Assembly (NCBI GenBank): GCA_045598225.1
Contig: JAZLLP010000006.1
Coordinates: 22,230 to 86,229, forward strand
Direction: 5' to 3'
DNA from: Acutalibacteraceae bacterium
Lineage (GTDB): Bacteria; Bacillota; Clostridia; Oscillospirales; Acutalibacteraceae
Length of the DNA stretch: 64,000 nt
In this document: piece after piece, positions 46,345 to 57,349 of the stretch
Position numbering within the stretch: position 1 is the first letter of the stretch
Layout of the letters: every line of letters starts with the position of its first letter
Notes under the pieces: generated by a model
What the model was told of the DNA's origin: nothing
The model's database searches: none
Seen by the model: the letters and a program-made list of their open reading frames with translations, nothing else
Translations under genes and position numbers: made by a program

Positions 46345-46438
46345 GTGGTCTGATTTGAAAAGATATTGCGAAAAAGACTGTCACATTTAATTAAAAATGA
46401 CAATAAGAAAAAACCGAGCATCTTTTTCAGATGTTCGG

Positions 46439-47011
46439 TTATTTTATTACTGCGTTACTTATTAAATATACAACAAGATTAACTGCTCCGCATAAAAGCA
46501 TTACAATTATCGGGTTCAGTTTAAATTTGCGAAGAACGAAAAATGCGACGGCAAAAAGAATACATCCGATTATACTGACGGAATTTAACGCATATTCCCC
46601 GCCGCCGAATATTACAAGCAGAAGAATTGACAAACCTGCCGAGGCAATAAGCGCAACAACCGCAGGACGAAGCGTGCCGAGAACGGTTTGAAGACCTTTC
46701 ATTGTTTTATATTTATAATATACGAAAGAAAGAAGTGTCACAATTATTAAAGACGGTACCAAAAAACCGATACTTGCGACTATCGCTCCGGGAATACCTG
46801 CTATTCGCGTGCCTACAAACGTTGCGGAGTTTATCGCTATCGGTCCGGGCGTCATTTCTGCAATGGTAATAAGGTCTGTAAATTCCGACATTGTAAGCCA
46901 GCCGTTTTTATCGACAACCTGACTCTGAATAAACGGCATTGCGGCATATCCTCCGCCGATGCTGAAAAGCCCGACTTGAAGAAAACTCAGAAAAAGTTTT
47001 ATATATATCAT
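46439..47011 (-). CDS. chromate transporter family protein (half-size, second of pair)
   Basis: 190 aa. GGGYAAMPFIQ and multiple TM helices; overlaps the partner by 4 nt. Confidence 0.8.
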   Translation of the reverse strand: MIYIKLFLSFLQVGLFSIGGGYAAMPFIQSQVVDKNGWLTMSEFTDLITIAEMTPGPIAINSATFVGTRIAGIPGAIVASIGFLVPSLIIVTLLSFVYYKYKTMKGLQTVLGTLRPAVVALIASAGLSILLLVIFGGGEYALNSVSIIGCILFAVAFFVLRKFKLNPIIVMLLCGAVNLVVYLISNAVIK

Positions 47012-47589
47012 TTTTTGCCCCCCTTTTTATATTCTGCGAGGGCAATAATTATTCCGACAGCCATTGCGGCAAGAATAATAAATATCACATTTACTTTAAA
47101 GAAAAATACGGCAACAAACGAAGCGACTGCTATTATAATATGTATTACCGATTTTCCCTTAACCACTTTAAGTCCGAGGTCGCACACAACATCAAGAATA
47201 ACTGCGGCAACTCCCGCCTGCATACCTTTTAAAACGGTCGCAACATAAATGTTGTCTGCAAACGCACTGTAAAAAAACGATATTACCGACAAAATTACCA
47301 TCGGCGGTATAACCGTTCCGAGAACTGCCGCCGCAATTCCGGCAGCACCGGCTACACGGCTTCCCACAAGTATGGAGGCATTTACGGCAATCGCTCCGGG
47401 TGATGACTGTGCAAGTGCGGTCAAATCAAGCATTTCATCTTCTTCAATCCACTTGTACTCATCAACAAATTTTTTCTTCATAAAGGTAACGATGACAAAA
47501 CCTCCGCCAAACGTGAAGGTACTGATGTAAAGCATACTCAAAAACAGTTTGAGTATGGGATTTTTTTGTTTTTTGTCACCGTTTTCCAT
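47008..47589 (-). CDS. chromate transporter family protein (half-size, first of pair)
   Basis: 193 aa. FGGGFVIVTFMKK and SPGAIAVN motifs. Confidence 0.8.
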   Translation of the reverse strand: MENGDKKQKNPILKLFLSMLYISTFTFGGGFVIVTFMKKKFVDEYKWIEEDEMLDLTALAQSSPGAIAVNASILVGSRVAGAAGIAAAVLGTVIPPMVILSVISFFYSAFADNIYVATVLKGMQAGVAAVILDVVCDLGLKVVKGKSVIHIIIAVASFVAVFFFKVNVIFIILAAMAVGIIIALAEYKKGGKK

Positions 47590-47601
47590 TTATTTTCACT
47601 T

Positions 47602-47898
47602 TCACTTTAAAATTTTCTGCGCTTCATACATATTGTATGAAACGCAGAGATTATTATTTTCAATCGGTCTTTCCGATATTTTAAGACAAATATCGGTAAT
47701 AACGAAAGAAGCGGCAAACAGGAGAATAAGCATAATGATAATGAGAATTTTCCTTATAAATTCTTTTTTTCTTACAACACGGCTTTCACCTATAACATAT
47801 TTTGAAGACCCGAGTTTTCCGGGATAATTACTTGCGAAGCCGTAGTAACTTTTTCTTTTGACAACGTCTTCGGTTTTGCCTGATTTTTTAAATATCAT
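47602..47898 (-). CDS. small single-pass membrane protein
   Basis: 98 aa with one TM (IIIMLILLFAASFVITDI), tightly packed downstream of the LCP gene. Confidence 0.5.
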   Translation of the reverse strand: MIFKKSGKTEDVVKRKSYYGFASNYPGKLGSSKYVIGESRVVRKKEFIRKILIIIMLILLFAASFVITDICLKISERPIENNNLCVSYNMYEAQKILK

Positions 47899-47903
47899 AA
47901 ATG

Positions 47904-49628
47904 TTATTCACCCGTTGTTTCAATAGGTTTTTCGGTCTGTTTTTCTGTAATTTTTTCAGTCGGTTTTTCCGTTAACGCTTCTGTGGGCTGTTCTGTCGAT
48001 ACTTCCGTAACAGGTTCTGTAACCTGTGTTTCGGTTTCTGAAACAGGCTCGTTTGAAGAAGTTGTATTTTCTGTTACATTTTCAGTCGATTCATCGCAGT
48101 TTGTTATTTTTTCCGTTATTTTTTCAGTCTGAGAAACTTTTGTTTCAGTTCCTGAAACGGTTGTCTGTATTTCATTTGCTTTTGTAACTTCTTCATGATT
48201 TGACGAAGTAGCCTGAACTGTTGCGGAACTTCCCGAACCTGATGTTCCGGTAGCGCCTCTGCCTTTGTAAACGTCAATAAGAGTTCTTCTGCCGTCTTCA
48301 AGAGTAATATTGGAAGAACCGTAAATTTCAGTTTGAAGTTGATGAGCCGCAAGTTGGTAGTCAACAACCCAAATCCATGCATTTCCGGCATATCCGCTGT
48401 CACGGGCTTCCGAAAACGGCATTTGAAGTTGGGTTCTGTCATATTTTGCCCATCCGCCCGTTATTGCTTTCATACCGAGAGTTATAATTTCGGTTTTACC
48501 GTAACCGGTATAGACGTACGGAAGAACAGTATCAATATACTTATTCATATCCGAAAGAGAAGCGGTTTTTACTCTGTCCATAATGGCGTTGATTACCTGA
48601 CGCTGTCTTCTTGTTCTTGATACATCGGCATCAGCGTCACATCCTCTTATACGGCAGAAAATGAGAGCCTGTTTACCCGAAAGTTTAACGTTTTCGCCCA
48701 CAGGCATTTCAATTTTATCCCTTTTGTAAATATAATCCGCTTCATATTTCTGAACGTCAACGTTTACGCCGTCCATTGCATCAATAATTGCTTTGAAAGA
48801 CTCAAAATTAACCATAACAAAATTATCTATGTCAATTTTGTAGTTGTTTTCAATCGTTTTCAAAAGACACGGAGCACCGCCCACCGAATATGCGGCGTTT
48901 AGTTTGTTGAAACAGCCGTTTCCGTTGTTTTCAATATAAAGATAACTGTCACGGAAAAATGAAATAAGTTTTATCTGTTTCGTTTTTCTGTTAAGCGAAA
49001 CAAGAATCATTGCATCTGTATTGCCGCTGTTTGTGCCGTAACGGCTGTCCGCACCTATAAGAAGAACGTTAATAACGTTTTTACTTGACATAATGTTACT
49101 GTTGCCTGTTGTTGCCCATGCTTTAAGTGCATCGTTAAATCCGGCCGCGCCGACTTCGCCGCTTATTTCTTCAAATTCTTCATCATCATAAATTACGTCA
49201 TCGGAATAATTTACGTCATCGCCCATTAACTTGAATTTTTTAATGACAAAAGATACGGTAATACTTCCGAGAATAATTGCTATACAAAGAATTACTGCAA
49301 TAATGCTGACAATAATTTTTTTCTTTTTGGGTAAATTTTTATACCATACCGCAATTCTTTTAAAAGGATTTTTTTCTTTTTGAGAATTGCTTGAAATGTC
49401 ATCAAACTCTCCGTTTGTTTTTTCTGATATTTCCGTTAAATTATCACCGCTTGCCGTTTCCTGTTCGTTTTGTGTTTGCGTATCACTTTCCGGTACTTCG
49501 TTGATAATATTATTTTCAACACCGTTTTCTTCCGGCATTTCAACGTTATACGTTTTTTGCAACAATTTGAGGTATTCATCGTTTAAATCATTATCAAAAG
49601 ACGGTATATTTTCTTTTTCATCGGACAT
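47904..49628 (-). CDS. LCP (LytR-CpsA-Psr) family protein with Thr/Glu-rich C-terminal repeats
   Basis: 574 aa. TM anchor, LCP core VLLIGADSR...NTDAMILVSLN, and a C-terminal TEKxTEK low-complexity tail. Confidence 0.85.
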   Translation of the reverse strand: MSDEKENIPSFDNDLNDEYLKLLQKTYNVEMPEENGVENNIINEVPESDTQTQNEQETASGDNLTEISEKTNGEFDDISSNSQKEKNPFKRIAVWYKNLPKKKKIIVSIIAVILCIAIILGSITVSFVIKKFKLMGDDVNYSDDVIYDDEEFEEISGEVGAAGFNDALKAWATTGNSNIMSSKNVINVLLIGADSRYGTNSGNTDAMILVSLNRKTKQIKLISFFRDSYLYIENNGNGCFNKLNAAYSVGGAPCLLKTIENNYKIDIDNFVMVNFESFKAIIDAMDGVNVDVQKYEADYIYKRDKIEMPVGENVKLSGKQALIFCRIRGCDADADVSRTRRQRQVINAIMDRVKTASLSDMNKYIDTVLPYVYTGYGKTEIITLGMKAITGGWAKYDRTQLQMPFSEARDSGYAGNAWIWVVDYQLAAHQLQTEIYGSSNITLEDGRRTLIDVYKGRGATGTSGSGSSATVQATSSNHEEVTKANEIQTTVSGTETKVSQTEKITEKITNCDESTENVTENTTSSNEPVSETETQVTEPVTEVSTEQPTEALTEKPTEKITEKQTEKPIETTGE

Positions 49629-49633
49629 TGAAA

Positions 49634-52225
49634 TTATTCCTCCGTATTATCAGTTTGTACCGGCTCATCATCGGAAATTATTTCTTCTTCGGTTTCTTCG
49701 GGTGTTTCTGTTTCACCTTCACCCTCCGTTGCCGTGCCGTCATCTTCAACTTCACCGTTAATTTCTTCTTCATCATGCTCGGTGGTTGAAAGTGTAACGA
49801 CTCTGTCACCTTCCGAAAGTTTCATAACTCTTACACCTTTTGAAGGTCTTGCACAAATTCTTACGGCGTCTGCCGGTATTCTTATGACAATACCGTCTGA
49901 CGAAACAAGAATAATATCATCTTCCGTATTTATGTCGGTAACTGATGCGACTTCACCGTATTTCAATACATTGTAGTTCTTTATACCTTTACCTGCTCTT
50001 GACTGAACACGGTAATTATCCTCGTTACTTATTCTGCCCAGACCCGTAGCACTTACCGTAAGAATAAGACTTTCGGGTTTAACAACGCACATACCTATAA
50101 CTTCGTCGCCGTCTTTAAGGTTAATTGCTCTTACGCCCGAAGCGGTTCTGCCGAGAGGTCTTGCGTCATTTTCATTGAAACGTATGCACATACCCTGACG
50201 TGTGGCAACAAGCAGGTCATCATTTCCGGATGTAAGTTTTACCCATGCAAGTTCGTCATCTTCACGCAAAGTAACGGCAATAATACCGTTTCTTCTCGTA
50301 TTTTTGTAAACGTCAAGCGAAGACCTCTTTATAAGACCTTTTCTTGTTACCATGCAAAGGTACATACCCTCGTCATCCTGCGGCAACTGTATCATTGCGG
50401 AAACTTTTTCGTTCTGTTCAAGCGGAAGAATATTGACAATATTCATACCTTTGCTTGTTTTACTGCCTTCGGGTATTTCATATCCTTTAAGTTTATATGC
50501 TCTGCCCCTTGTTGTGTAGAACATAATGTTATCGTGAGATGATGCAATAAACATTGTCTGTGCAACGTCATCTTCACGCCTTGTCATACCTTTAACGCCT
50601 CTGCCGCCTCTGTTCTGTATTGTGAACACGTCAACCGGCTGACGTTTAATGTAACCCATTGTAGTATAGGTATACATACATTTTTCTTCGGGAATGAGGT
50701 CTTCAATATCAACTTCACCGCTGATATTTTCAATTCTTGTTTTTCTTTCATCACCGAATTTTTCTTTTATTGCAATGAGTTCATCTTTAAGAACGCCGCA
50801 AAGCATATCTTCATTTTCAAGAAGCTGACGGAAATATGCTATTTTTTCTTCAAGTTCTTTGTACTCATTAACAAGTTTTTCACGGTCAAGTCCCTGAAGT
50901 GCTTTAAGACGCATATCAAGTATAGCCTGAGCCTGAACATCATCAAGACCGAAGCGTGCCATCAGGTTTTCTTTTGCATCGTCATAACTTGTGCGGATAA
51001 TTTTAATTACTTCGTCAATATTATCCTGCGCTATGATAAGACCTTCAAGAAGATGTGCTCTTTCGAGTGCTTTTCTGAGGTCAAACTGTGTTCTTCTTCT
51101 TAAAACGTCTTTCTGGAAAACAAGGTATTCGTCAAGTACCTGACGAAGCGTAAGTATTTTCGGCTGTTTCTGATTGTCAACGAGTGCAAGCATAATTATT
51201 GAAAACGTTGACTGCATTGCCGTCTGTGAGAAAAGTTTGTTTAAAACAACCTGAGCGTTTGCATCTCTTTTAAGTTCAATAACAATTCTCATACCGTTAC
51301 GGTCTGTTTCGTCACGCAAATCGGAAATACCTTCAATGCGTTTTTCTTTGACCTGGTCGGCTATTGTTTTAATAAGAGCACGTTTTTTTACCAGATACGG
51401 AAGTTCCGTAACGATTATTCTCGTACGGTTGTCTTTGCCGTATTCTTCAAATTCCGTGTTTGCTCTTACAATTACTTTGCCTCTGCCCGTAGCATAAGCC
51501 TGACGTATGCCTGCTCTGCCCATAATTATTCCCTTTGTCGGGAAGTCGGGTCCTTTAATATGTTCCATAAGGTCTTCAAGACCTGCATCGGGATTATCAA
51601 GAACACATATACAGGCATCAATAACTTCACTGAGGTTGTGCGGGGGTATGCTTGTAGCCATACCGACGGCAACACCCTGCGAGCCGTTTACAAGAAGGTT
51701 CGGAAAACGTGACGGAAGTACACGGGGCTCTTTTCTGCTTTCGTCAAAGTTCGGGTCCCAGTCAACAGTATCTTTATTTATGTCACGAAGCATTTCATCG
51801 CTTATTTTGCTCATTCTTGTTTCTGTGTAACGGTATGCCGCAGGCGGGTCACCGTCAACCGAGCCGAAGTTTCCGTGACCGTCAACAAGCATATATCTCA
51901 TTGAAAAATTCTGCGCAAGCCTTACCATTGCATCATAAACAGATGCGTCACCGTGCGGATGATATTTACCGAGAACGTCACCGACACAGGTTGCCGATTT
52001 TTTAAACGGCTTGTCTGACGTAAGACCGTCTTCATACATTGCGTAAAGAATACGGCGGTGAACGGGTTTAAGGCCGTCACGAACATCGGGAAGCGCACGG
52101 CTTATGATGACGGACATAGCGTATTCTATATAACTGTTCTGCATTTCGTTTACAAGTTCGGATTCCGTTATTACCTGATCCGGAAATGCAATATCTTCGG
52201 GTTTATAATCTCTGTTGTGTGCCAT
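49634..52225 (-). CDS. gyrA: DNA gyrase subunit A
   Basis: 863 aa. [16 protein letters not shown], active-site AAYRYTE region, and an acidic C-terminal tail. Confidence 0.95.
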   Translation of the reverse strand: MAHNRDYKPEDIAFPDQVITESELVNEMQNSYIEYAMSVIISRALPDVRDGLKPVHRRILYAMYEDGLTSDKPFKKSATCVGDVLGKYHPHGDASVYDAMVRLAQNFSMRYMLVDGHGNFGSVDGDPPAAYRYTETRMSKISDEMLRDINKDTVDWDPNFDESRKEPRVLPSRFPNLLVNGSQGVAVGMATSIPPHNLSEVIDACICVLDNPDAGLEDLMEHIKGPDFPTKGIIMGRAGIRQAYATGRGKVIVRANTEFEEYGKDNRTRIIVTELPYLVKKRALIKTIADQVKEKRIEGISDLRDETDRNGMRIVIELKRDANAQVVLNKLFSQTAMQSTFSIIMLALVDNQKQPKILTLRQVLDEYLVFQKDVLRRRTQFDLRKALERAHLLEGLIIAQDNIDEVIKIIRTSYDDAKENLMARFGLDDVQAQAILDMRLKALQGLDREKLVNEYKELEEKIAYFRQLLENEDMLCGVLKDELIAIKEKFGDERKTRIENISGEVDIEDLIPEEKCMYTYTTMGYIKRQPVDVFTIQNRGGRGVKGMTRREDDVAQTMFIASSHDNIMFYTTRGRAYKLKGYEIPEGSKTSKGMNIVNILPLEQNEKVSAMIQLPQDDEGMYLCMVTRKGLIKRSSLDVYKNTRRNGIIAVTLREDDELAWVKLTSGNDDLLVATRQGMCIRFNENDARPLGRTASGVRAINLKDGDEVIGMCVVKPESLILTVSATGLGRISNEDNYRVQSRAGKGIKNYNVLKYGEVASVTDINTEDDIILVSSDGIVIRIPADAVRICARPSKGVRVMKLSEGDRVVTLSTTEHDEEEINGEVEDDGTATEGEGETETPEETEEEIISDDEPVQTDNTEE

Positions 52226-52240
52226 TATTCCGCCACCTCC

Positions 52241-54253
52241 TTATTTATCTATATTATCAACGTATTTTGCGTTTGATTCTATCCATTCACGTCTGGGCTC
52301 AACTTCTTCGCCCATAAGTACCGTAAATACCTGGTCTGCTGCAACCGCATCATCAAGAGTGATACGTCTTAACGAACGTCTTTCGGGGTCCATGGTTGTT
52401 TCCCAGAGTTCGTGCGGGTCCATTTCACCAAGACCTTTAAATCGGCTTATGTCAACTTTTACATTCGGATTATCTCCTCTGAGTTCAGCGGAAATACGGT
52501 CTCTTTCCTCATCCGAATATGCAACTCTTGTAGTTTTGCCTCTTACAATTTTGTAAAGCGGCGGAACTGCGGAATAAACGTAACCGTTATCTATAAGCGG
52601 ACGCATATAACGGAAGAAGAACGTCAGAAGAAGCGTTCTTATATGTGCGCCGTCAACGTCGGCATCCGCCATAATTATTATTTTATGGTAACGGAGTTTT
52701 TCAAGATTGAATTCATCGCCTATACCCGCACCGAGAGCAACTATCATCGGATTGAGTTTTTCGTTGTCATATACTTTGTCAACTCTTGCTTTTTCAACGT
52801 TGAGCATTTTGCCCCACATTGCAAGAATAGCCTGAAAACGTGAATCCCTGCCCTGAATTGCCGAGCCCGCCGCAGAATCGCCCTCGACGATGTAAATTTC
52901 GCAAAGGCTTGGGTCACGTTCGTTGCAGTCCTGCAATTTGTCGGGCATCTGCCCCGATTCAAGACCTGTTTTTCTTCTTACGGATTCTCTTGCTTTTCGT
53001 GCCGCTTCTCTTGCTCTGTTTGCGGTAAGCGCCTTTTCAAGTATCGATTTACCCGTTGAGGGATTTTCTTCAAGATACTGTTCAAGTGCTTCATTAACAA
53101 TGTTATTTACAAGAGTACGGACTTCACTGTTGCCGAGTTTTGCTTTTGTCTGCCCTTCAAACTGCGCTTCGGTAAGTTTTACCGAGATAATACAGGTTAT
53201 ACCTTCACGGCAGTCTTCGCCCGAAACTTTGTCATCACCTTTAAGAATATTCATTCTTTTGCCGTATTTGTTAAGGGCATTTGAAAGAGCACGTTTAAAA
53301 CCGTCTTCGTGCATACCGCCTTCGGGAGTATGAACGTTATTTGCGAAAGATACAATAACTTCGTTGTAAGTATCTGTATACTGAAGTGCTATTTCAGCCA
53401 TTGCATCGTCTTTTTTACCTGCCATATAAATGACATCTTCATGAACGGGAGTTTTATTTTTGTTAAGGTAGGTTACAAATTCTCTTATACCGCCCTCATA
53501 ACACATAACGTCAAGGCGTTCTTCCTCCGGTTTGTCTTCGGATTCGGGACGCTTGTCTTCTATTGTTATATTAAGACCTGCATTAAGAAATGCTTCCTCA
53601 CGGAGTCTTTTGTGAAGAGTGTCATAATCGTACACGGTTGTGTCGGTAAACATTTCGGGATCGGGTTTGAATCTTACGCATGTTCCCGTTTTGTCGGTAT
53701 CTCCGACAATGTGCATACCTTCGGTAATATATCCTCTTGAAAATTTCATTCTGTGAATTTTACCGTTCTTATGTACTTCTACTTCAAGCCACTCCGAAAG
53801 AGCGTTTACAACAGACGCACCTACGCCGTGAAGACCGCCGGACACTTTGTATCCGCCGCCGCCGAATTTACCGCCTGCGTGAAGAACCGTAAATACAACT
53901 TCAAGAGCACTTTTTCCCGTCTGTTCCTGAATATCAACGGGAATACCTCTTCCGTTGTCGGTAACACAAATGATGTTTCCGGGCTCTATTACTACTTCAA
54001 TGTGAGTACAGAATCCCGCAAGTGCTTCGTCGATTGAGTTGTCGACAATTTCATACACAAGGTGATGAAGACCGGAAGCACTTGTCGAGCCGATATACAT
54101 ACCCGGTCTTTTTCTTACCGCTTCAAGTCCTTCAAGTACTTGTATGGCACTTGCGTCGTATTCCTCTGTTACCGAAGTATCCATATTACCGTCTTCACTG
54201 AGTATTACGGATTCATCAAGCATTTCTTCACTTTTAATGATATTTTCGTCCAA
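52241..54253 (-). CDS. gyrB: DNA gyrase subunit B
   Basis: 670 aa. [16 protein letters not shown], Toprim [13 protein letters not shown] and PLRGKILN-type region. Confidence 0.95.
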   Translation of the reverse strand: MDENIIKSEEMLDESVILSEDGNMDTSVTEEYDASAIQVLEGLEAVRKRPGMYIGSTSASGLHHLVYEIVDNSIDEALAGFCTHIEVVIEPGNIICVTDNGRGIPVDIQEQTGKSALEVVFTVLHAGGKFGGGGYKVSGGLHGVGASVVNALSEWLEVEVHKNGKIHRMKFSRGYITEGMHIVGDTDKTGTCVRFKPDPEMFTDTTVYDYDTLHKRLREEAFLNAGLNITIEDKRPESEDKPEEERLDVMCYEGGIREFVTYLNKNKTPVHEDVIYMAGKKDDAMAEIALQYTDTYNEVIVSFANNVHTPEGGMHEDGFKRALSNALNKYGKRMNILKGDDKVSGEDCREGITCIISVKLTEAQFEGQTKAKLGNSEVRTLVNNIVNEALEQYLEENPSTGKSILEKALTANRAREAARKARESVRRKTGLESGQMPDKLQDCNERDPSLCEIYIVEGDSAAGSAIQGRDSRFQAILAMWGKMLNVEKARVDKVYDNEKLNPMIVALGAGIGDEFNLEKLRYHKIIIMADADVDGAHIRTLLLTFFFRYMRPLIDNGYVYSAVPPLYKIVRGKTTRVAYSDEERDRISAELRGDNPNVKVDISRFKGLGEMDPHELWETTMDPERRSLRRITLDDAVAADQVFTVLMGEEVEPRREWIESNAKYVDNIDK

Positions 54254-54305
54254 AACATTAACCTCCGTCAGAAGTGATAGTTTTATTTAAAATAATAAAT
54301 TATTT

Positions 54306-54557
54306 TCATCCTGTTATTCTTTTAAGAACCGTTCCCACAGATACGGGAGATATGTGTATTTTTCTGCCGTTCGGCGTTTCGCATACAATAAAAGATTTCG
54401 GCAGTTCATACGGAGCAACGTTGTTTACCTGCCCGCTTTTTTCCGCCTTTACAAGGTAATCAACCGTATTTTTCATTGTTGTTGTATTTTCCATATCGAA
54501 AATACCTATTATTTCATTGTCAATAACAACAGAATCCTGCCCGATATGAATATACAT
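54306..54557 (-). CDS. remB: DUF370 (RemA/RemB family) protein
   Basis: Start at MYIHIGQDSVV. Located between recF and gyrB as in the Bacillus yaaB position. C-terminal ISPVSVGTVLKR. Confidence 0.75.
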   Translation of the reverse strand: MYIHIGQDSVVIDNEIIGIFDMENTTTMKNTVDYLVKAEKSGQVNNVAPYELPKSFIVCETPNGRKIHISPVSVGTVLKRITG

Positions 54558-54604
54558 AATATTATTGTCTGAAAACAAAAAAGTTTTCAGATATGCCTTT
54601 CAGT

Positions 54605-55705
54605 TTATTTCTGTATGAAATTTCCGTTTTTTATATAAAATGATTTTCCCCCGCACATTCTCATAACCTGTGACGGGTCACAGCATGTAAGAAATACCTG
54701 ACGCTCTTTTATGTGATTGAGAATATAATCCTGCCTTTTTTCGTCAAGTTCGCTCATTACGTCATCAAGCAGAGCAACGGGAGTTTCGCCCGTAACTTTT
54801 TCTATTATTTCCGCTTCACCGAGTTTTAAAGCAAGTGCGCTTGACCTCTGCTGACCCTGTGAGCCGAAACTTCTTGCGCTTTTTCCGTTTATTAAAATGT
54901 TTAAATCATCTCTGTGCGGACCTACGGAAGTTGTTTTAAATATAACGTCTTCTTTTCTTTTATTTTTCAGTTCCGAAAGAATTACTTCGTAAATTTCTTC
55001 TGTTTTTCCGCAATCATTTATATTTACCGAAGAATCGTAGAAAACTGAAAATTTTTCAAGATTTTCGGAAATTCCCGAATAAATTTCACTGCAATAACCG
55101 GAAAGTAACTCTGTATATTTTATTCTTTCGCTTATTACAGCAGATGCATATTTTGCAAGGCTCTCGTCCCAACTGTCAAGAACGTCATAAAGTTCCGAAT
55201 TTATGTGAATGTCTTTAAGTACCGAATTTCTCTGTAAAAGAGAATGTTTATATGCTTTTAAACATTGTGCATACCTCGGTTTTAACTGACAGAGCGCCGT
55301 ATCTAAAAATCTGCGCCTTTCAAAAGGACCGTCTTTAATCAGCGAAAGATGTGACGGAGAAAAAATAACCGCATAAAATTCACCTATAAGTTCAGACGGA
55401 GTTTTTAATTCAATTCCGTTTAAACTTATTTTTTTCTTTTCGCCGATTATCATTTCCGCTTTTTTCTGACGGATTTTATTTGAAAATGTAATTTCGGTTT
55501 TTGTAAAATCTTCACCGAATTTTATAAATTCCGAATCTTTTGAGCCCCTGAAACTTTTACAGCCGGTAAAAAGCCATATTGATTCTAAAATATTTGTTTT
55601 TCCCTGTGCGTTTTCACCGTAAATTACGTTTACTCCGTCTGACGGAATAAGGTTTAATGACGGTATATTTCTGAAATTTATTATATTTACCGAATCTACC
55701 GTCAT
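54605..55705 (-). CDS. recF: DNA replication/repair protein RecF
   Basis: 366 aa. Walker A GENAQGKTN, signature GSQGQQRS and Walker B LLDDV. Confidence 0.93.
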   Translation of the reverse strand: MTVDSVNIINFRNIPSLNLIPSDGVNVIYGENAQGKTNILESIWLFTGCKSFRGSKDSEFIKFGEDFTKTEITFSNKIRQKKAEMIIGEKKKISLNGIELKTPSELIGEFYAVIFSPSHLSLIKDGPFERRRFLDTALCQLKPRYAQCLKAYKHSLLQRNSVLKDIHINSELYDVLDSWDESLAKYASAVISERIKYTELLSGYCSEIYSGISENLEKFSVFYDSSVNINDCGKTEEIYEVILSELKNKRKEDVIFKTTSVGPHRDDLNILINGKSARSFGSQGQQRSSALALKLGEAEIIEKVTGETPVALLDDVMSELDEKRQDYILNHIKERQVFLTCCDPSQVMRMCGGKSFYIKNGNFIQK

Positions 55706-55717
55706 ATAAACTTCCCT

Positions 55718-55960
55718 TTACTTTTTTATGTTATAAATTATTCTTTCGTATTCGGCGCTGTCGCCTTCACGCAGTTTTTTTCCGCGCATTGCGCATACTT
55801 CGCCGTTTACTTTAACTTCGCCGTCCTGAATGACGATTTTTGCGTGCCCTCCGGTATTTACGACACCGACATTTTTCAAAAGGTCGTCAAGTCTTATATA
55901 TTCGCCTTTCAGTATGAAATCTTTTTCTTCTTTTTTCGCTATTTTTACACTTATTTTCAT
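55718..55960 (-). CDS. yaaA: S4-domain RNA-binding protein (YaaA/RlbA-like)
   Basis: 80 aa between dnaN and recF. IRLDDLLK ... GGHAK ... V.VNGE S4 pattern. Confidence 0.8.
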   Translation of the reverse strand: MKISVKIAKKEEKDFILKGEYIRLDDLLKNVGVVNTGGHAKIVIQDGEVKVNGEVCAMRGKKLREGDSAEYERIIYNIKK

Positions 55961-55972
55961 ATTATTTGTTCT

Positions 55973-57088
55973 TTACTGCACGTTTTCGTTTTTAAGACGC
56001 ATCGGTATTATAAGGAATACAAAACTGTCTCCCTCAAGCGGTCTTATTATAATAGGTGAAATAGGTCCGTTAAGTTCTATGAGAACTTCATCGGAATCAA
56101 CGGTTTTAAGAGCGTCTGTAAGATATGAATTGTTAAAACCTATTTCAATGCGTTTACCGTCAATCTGAGCTGGTATTTTGTCGTTTGCCGCACCGAGTGA
56201 TGTTGAACTTGATACTCTTATTGTATTATCGTCAAAAACACACCTTACCGGGCTTTTTAATTTTCCCGTTATAAGAAGTGAAGTTCTGTCAACACTGTCT
56301 GTGAGAAGTTTTAAATTAACTCTTGCTTTCGTTGAATTTTCTGTCGGAATTGCATTTTTGTAATTGAAAAATTCACCCTCAAGAAGCCTTGAAACAATTC
56401 TGTAATTGCCTATTTCGAAAAGTATATATTTTTTTCCTATGTTGAGAGATATGTTTTCATCTTCATCGGTTATAAGTTTAACAACTTCCGAAAGTGTTTT
56501 TGCAGGAACAACGAATGTAATTTCGTCATTGTCATAATCTATTTTTTCATTTCTTACGGCAAGTCTGAAACCGTCACAGGAAATAAGTCTTAAATTGTTG
56601 TTTGAAACTTCGAATTTTATTCCTTTATGAACGGGTTTAAGGTCCGAAACCGCTACTGCGAAAATTGTCTGTCTTATCATATCTTTAAGAACGGACTGTT
56701 TAATAACAAGCGGGAATCCTCCCGTTACAGTGGGAAGTTCGGGATAATCGTCGGCGGGGATGCTTATAAGTGAAAATTCGGCATTCCCCGAACGGATTTT
56801 ACAGAGGTTGTGTTCGTCTATTTCTATTTCAACATTTTCGTTGGGAAGTCTTCTTAAAATGTCACAAAGAAGATGTGAATTGAGAACTATGTTTCCTTCT
56901 TTTTCAACTTTACATTCAATAGCTGTTGTTATTCCGACTTCAATGTCATAACCCGAAAGTGTAAGACCTGAATTTTTTGCCTGAAATAAAATACCTTCGG
57001 TTGCGGGTATTGTGCTTTTTTGAGATACGCCTCTCTGTACTATATTGCATGCTTCTGCAAGTACGCTTGTGTTGCAGGTTATTTTCAT
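55973..57088 (-). CDS. dnaN: DNA polymerase III beta sliding clamp
   Basis: 371 aa with the three-domain clamp pattern, directly downstream of dnaA. Confidence 0.93.
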   Translation of the reverse strand: MKITCNTSVLAEACNIVQRGVSQKSTIPATEGILFQAKNSGLTLSGYDIEVGITTAIECKVEKEGNIVLNSHLLCDILRRLPNENVEIEIDEHNLCKIRSGNAEFSLISIPADDYPELPTVTGGFPLVIKQSVLKDMIRQTIFAVAVSDLKPVHKGIKFEVSNNNLRLISCDGFRLAVRNEKIDYDNDEITFVVPAKTLSEVVKLITDEDENISLNIGKKYILFEIGNYRIVSRLLEGEFFNYKNAIPTENSTKARVNLKLLTDSVDRTSLLITGKLKSPVRCVFDDNTIRVSSSTSLGAANDKIPAQIDGKRIEIGFNNSYLTDALKTVDSDEVLIELNGPISPIIIRPLEGDSFVFLIIPMRLKNENVQ

Positions 57089-57349
57089 AATAAAAACCTC
57101 CGTGTAAAATTGAAATTTTGAGTTTTTCGGTTAAATAAAATAATAATTATCAGTAGTAGCAGTAGTGTGTGTTTAAATTGTAGAATTTCCGAAATTTTCC
57201 TTATTTTCCGAGTCTTTTTACACTCTTTTATTTTGTTTGGAAAATGTAAAATAATGTCAGGAAATTAAAGTTTTTTTAAACAGTGTAGATTTTGTTTAAA
57301 ACTTATAAACATTTAACGTTCAAAATGTCAGTATTTTTCAGGTACCGGG
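57089..57349. other. dnaA-dnaN intergenic region, candidate oriC segment
   Basis: 261-bp AT-rich non-coding gap in the canonical Firmicutes oriC position. Only degenerate DnaA-box-like 9-mers seen (TTTTACACT, TGTAGATTT, TGTAGAATT). Confidence 0.5.

Noticed and set aside
52215-54277. Plus-strand ORFs of 60-143 aa antisense to gyrB (52412-52843, 52923-53333, 53309-53740 and others), and similar ones inside gyrA, dnaA, dnaN, lysK, the kinase and the recombinase genes.
   Set aside because: They lie antisense to highly conserved housekeeping genes and have no independent signals. This is typical of antisense open frames in AT-rich DNA.
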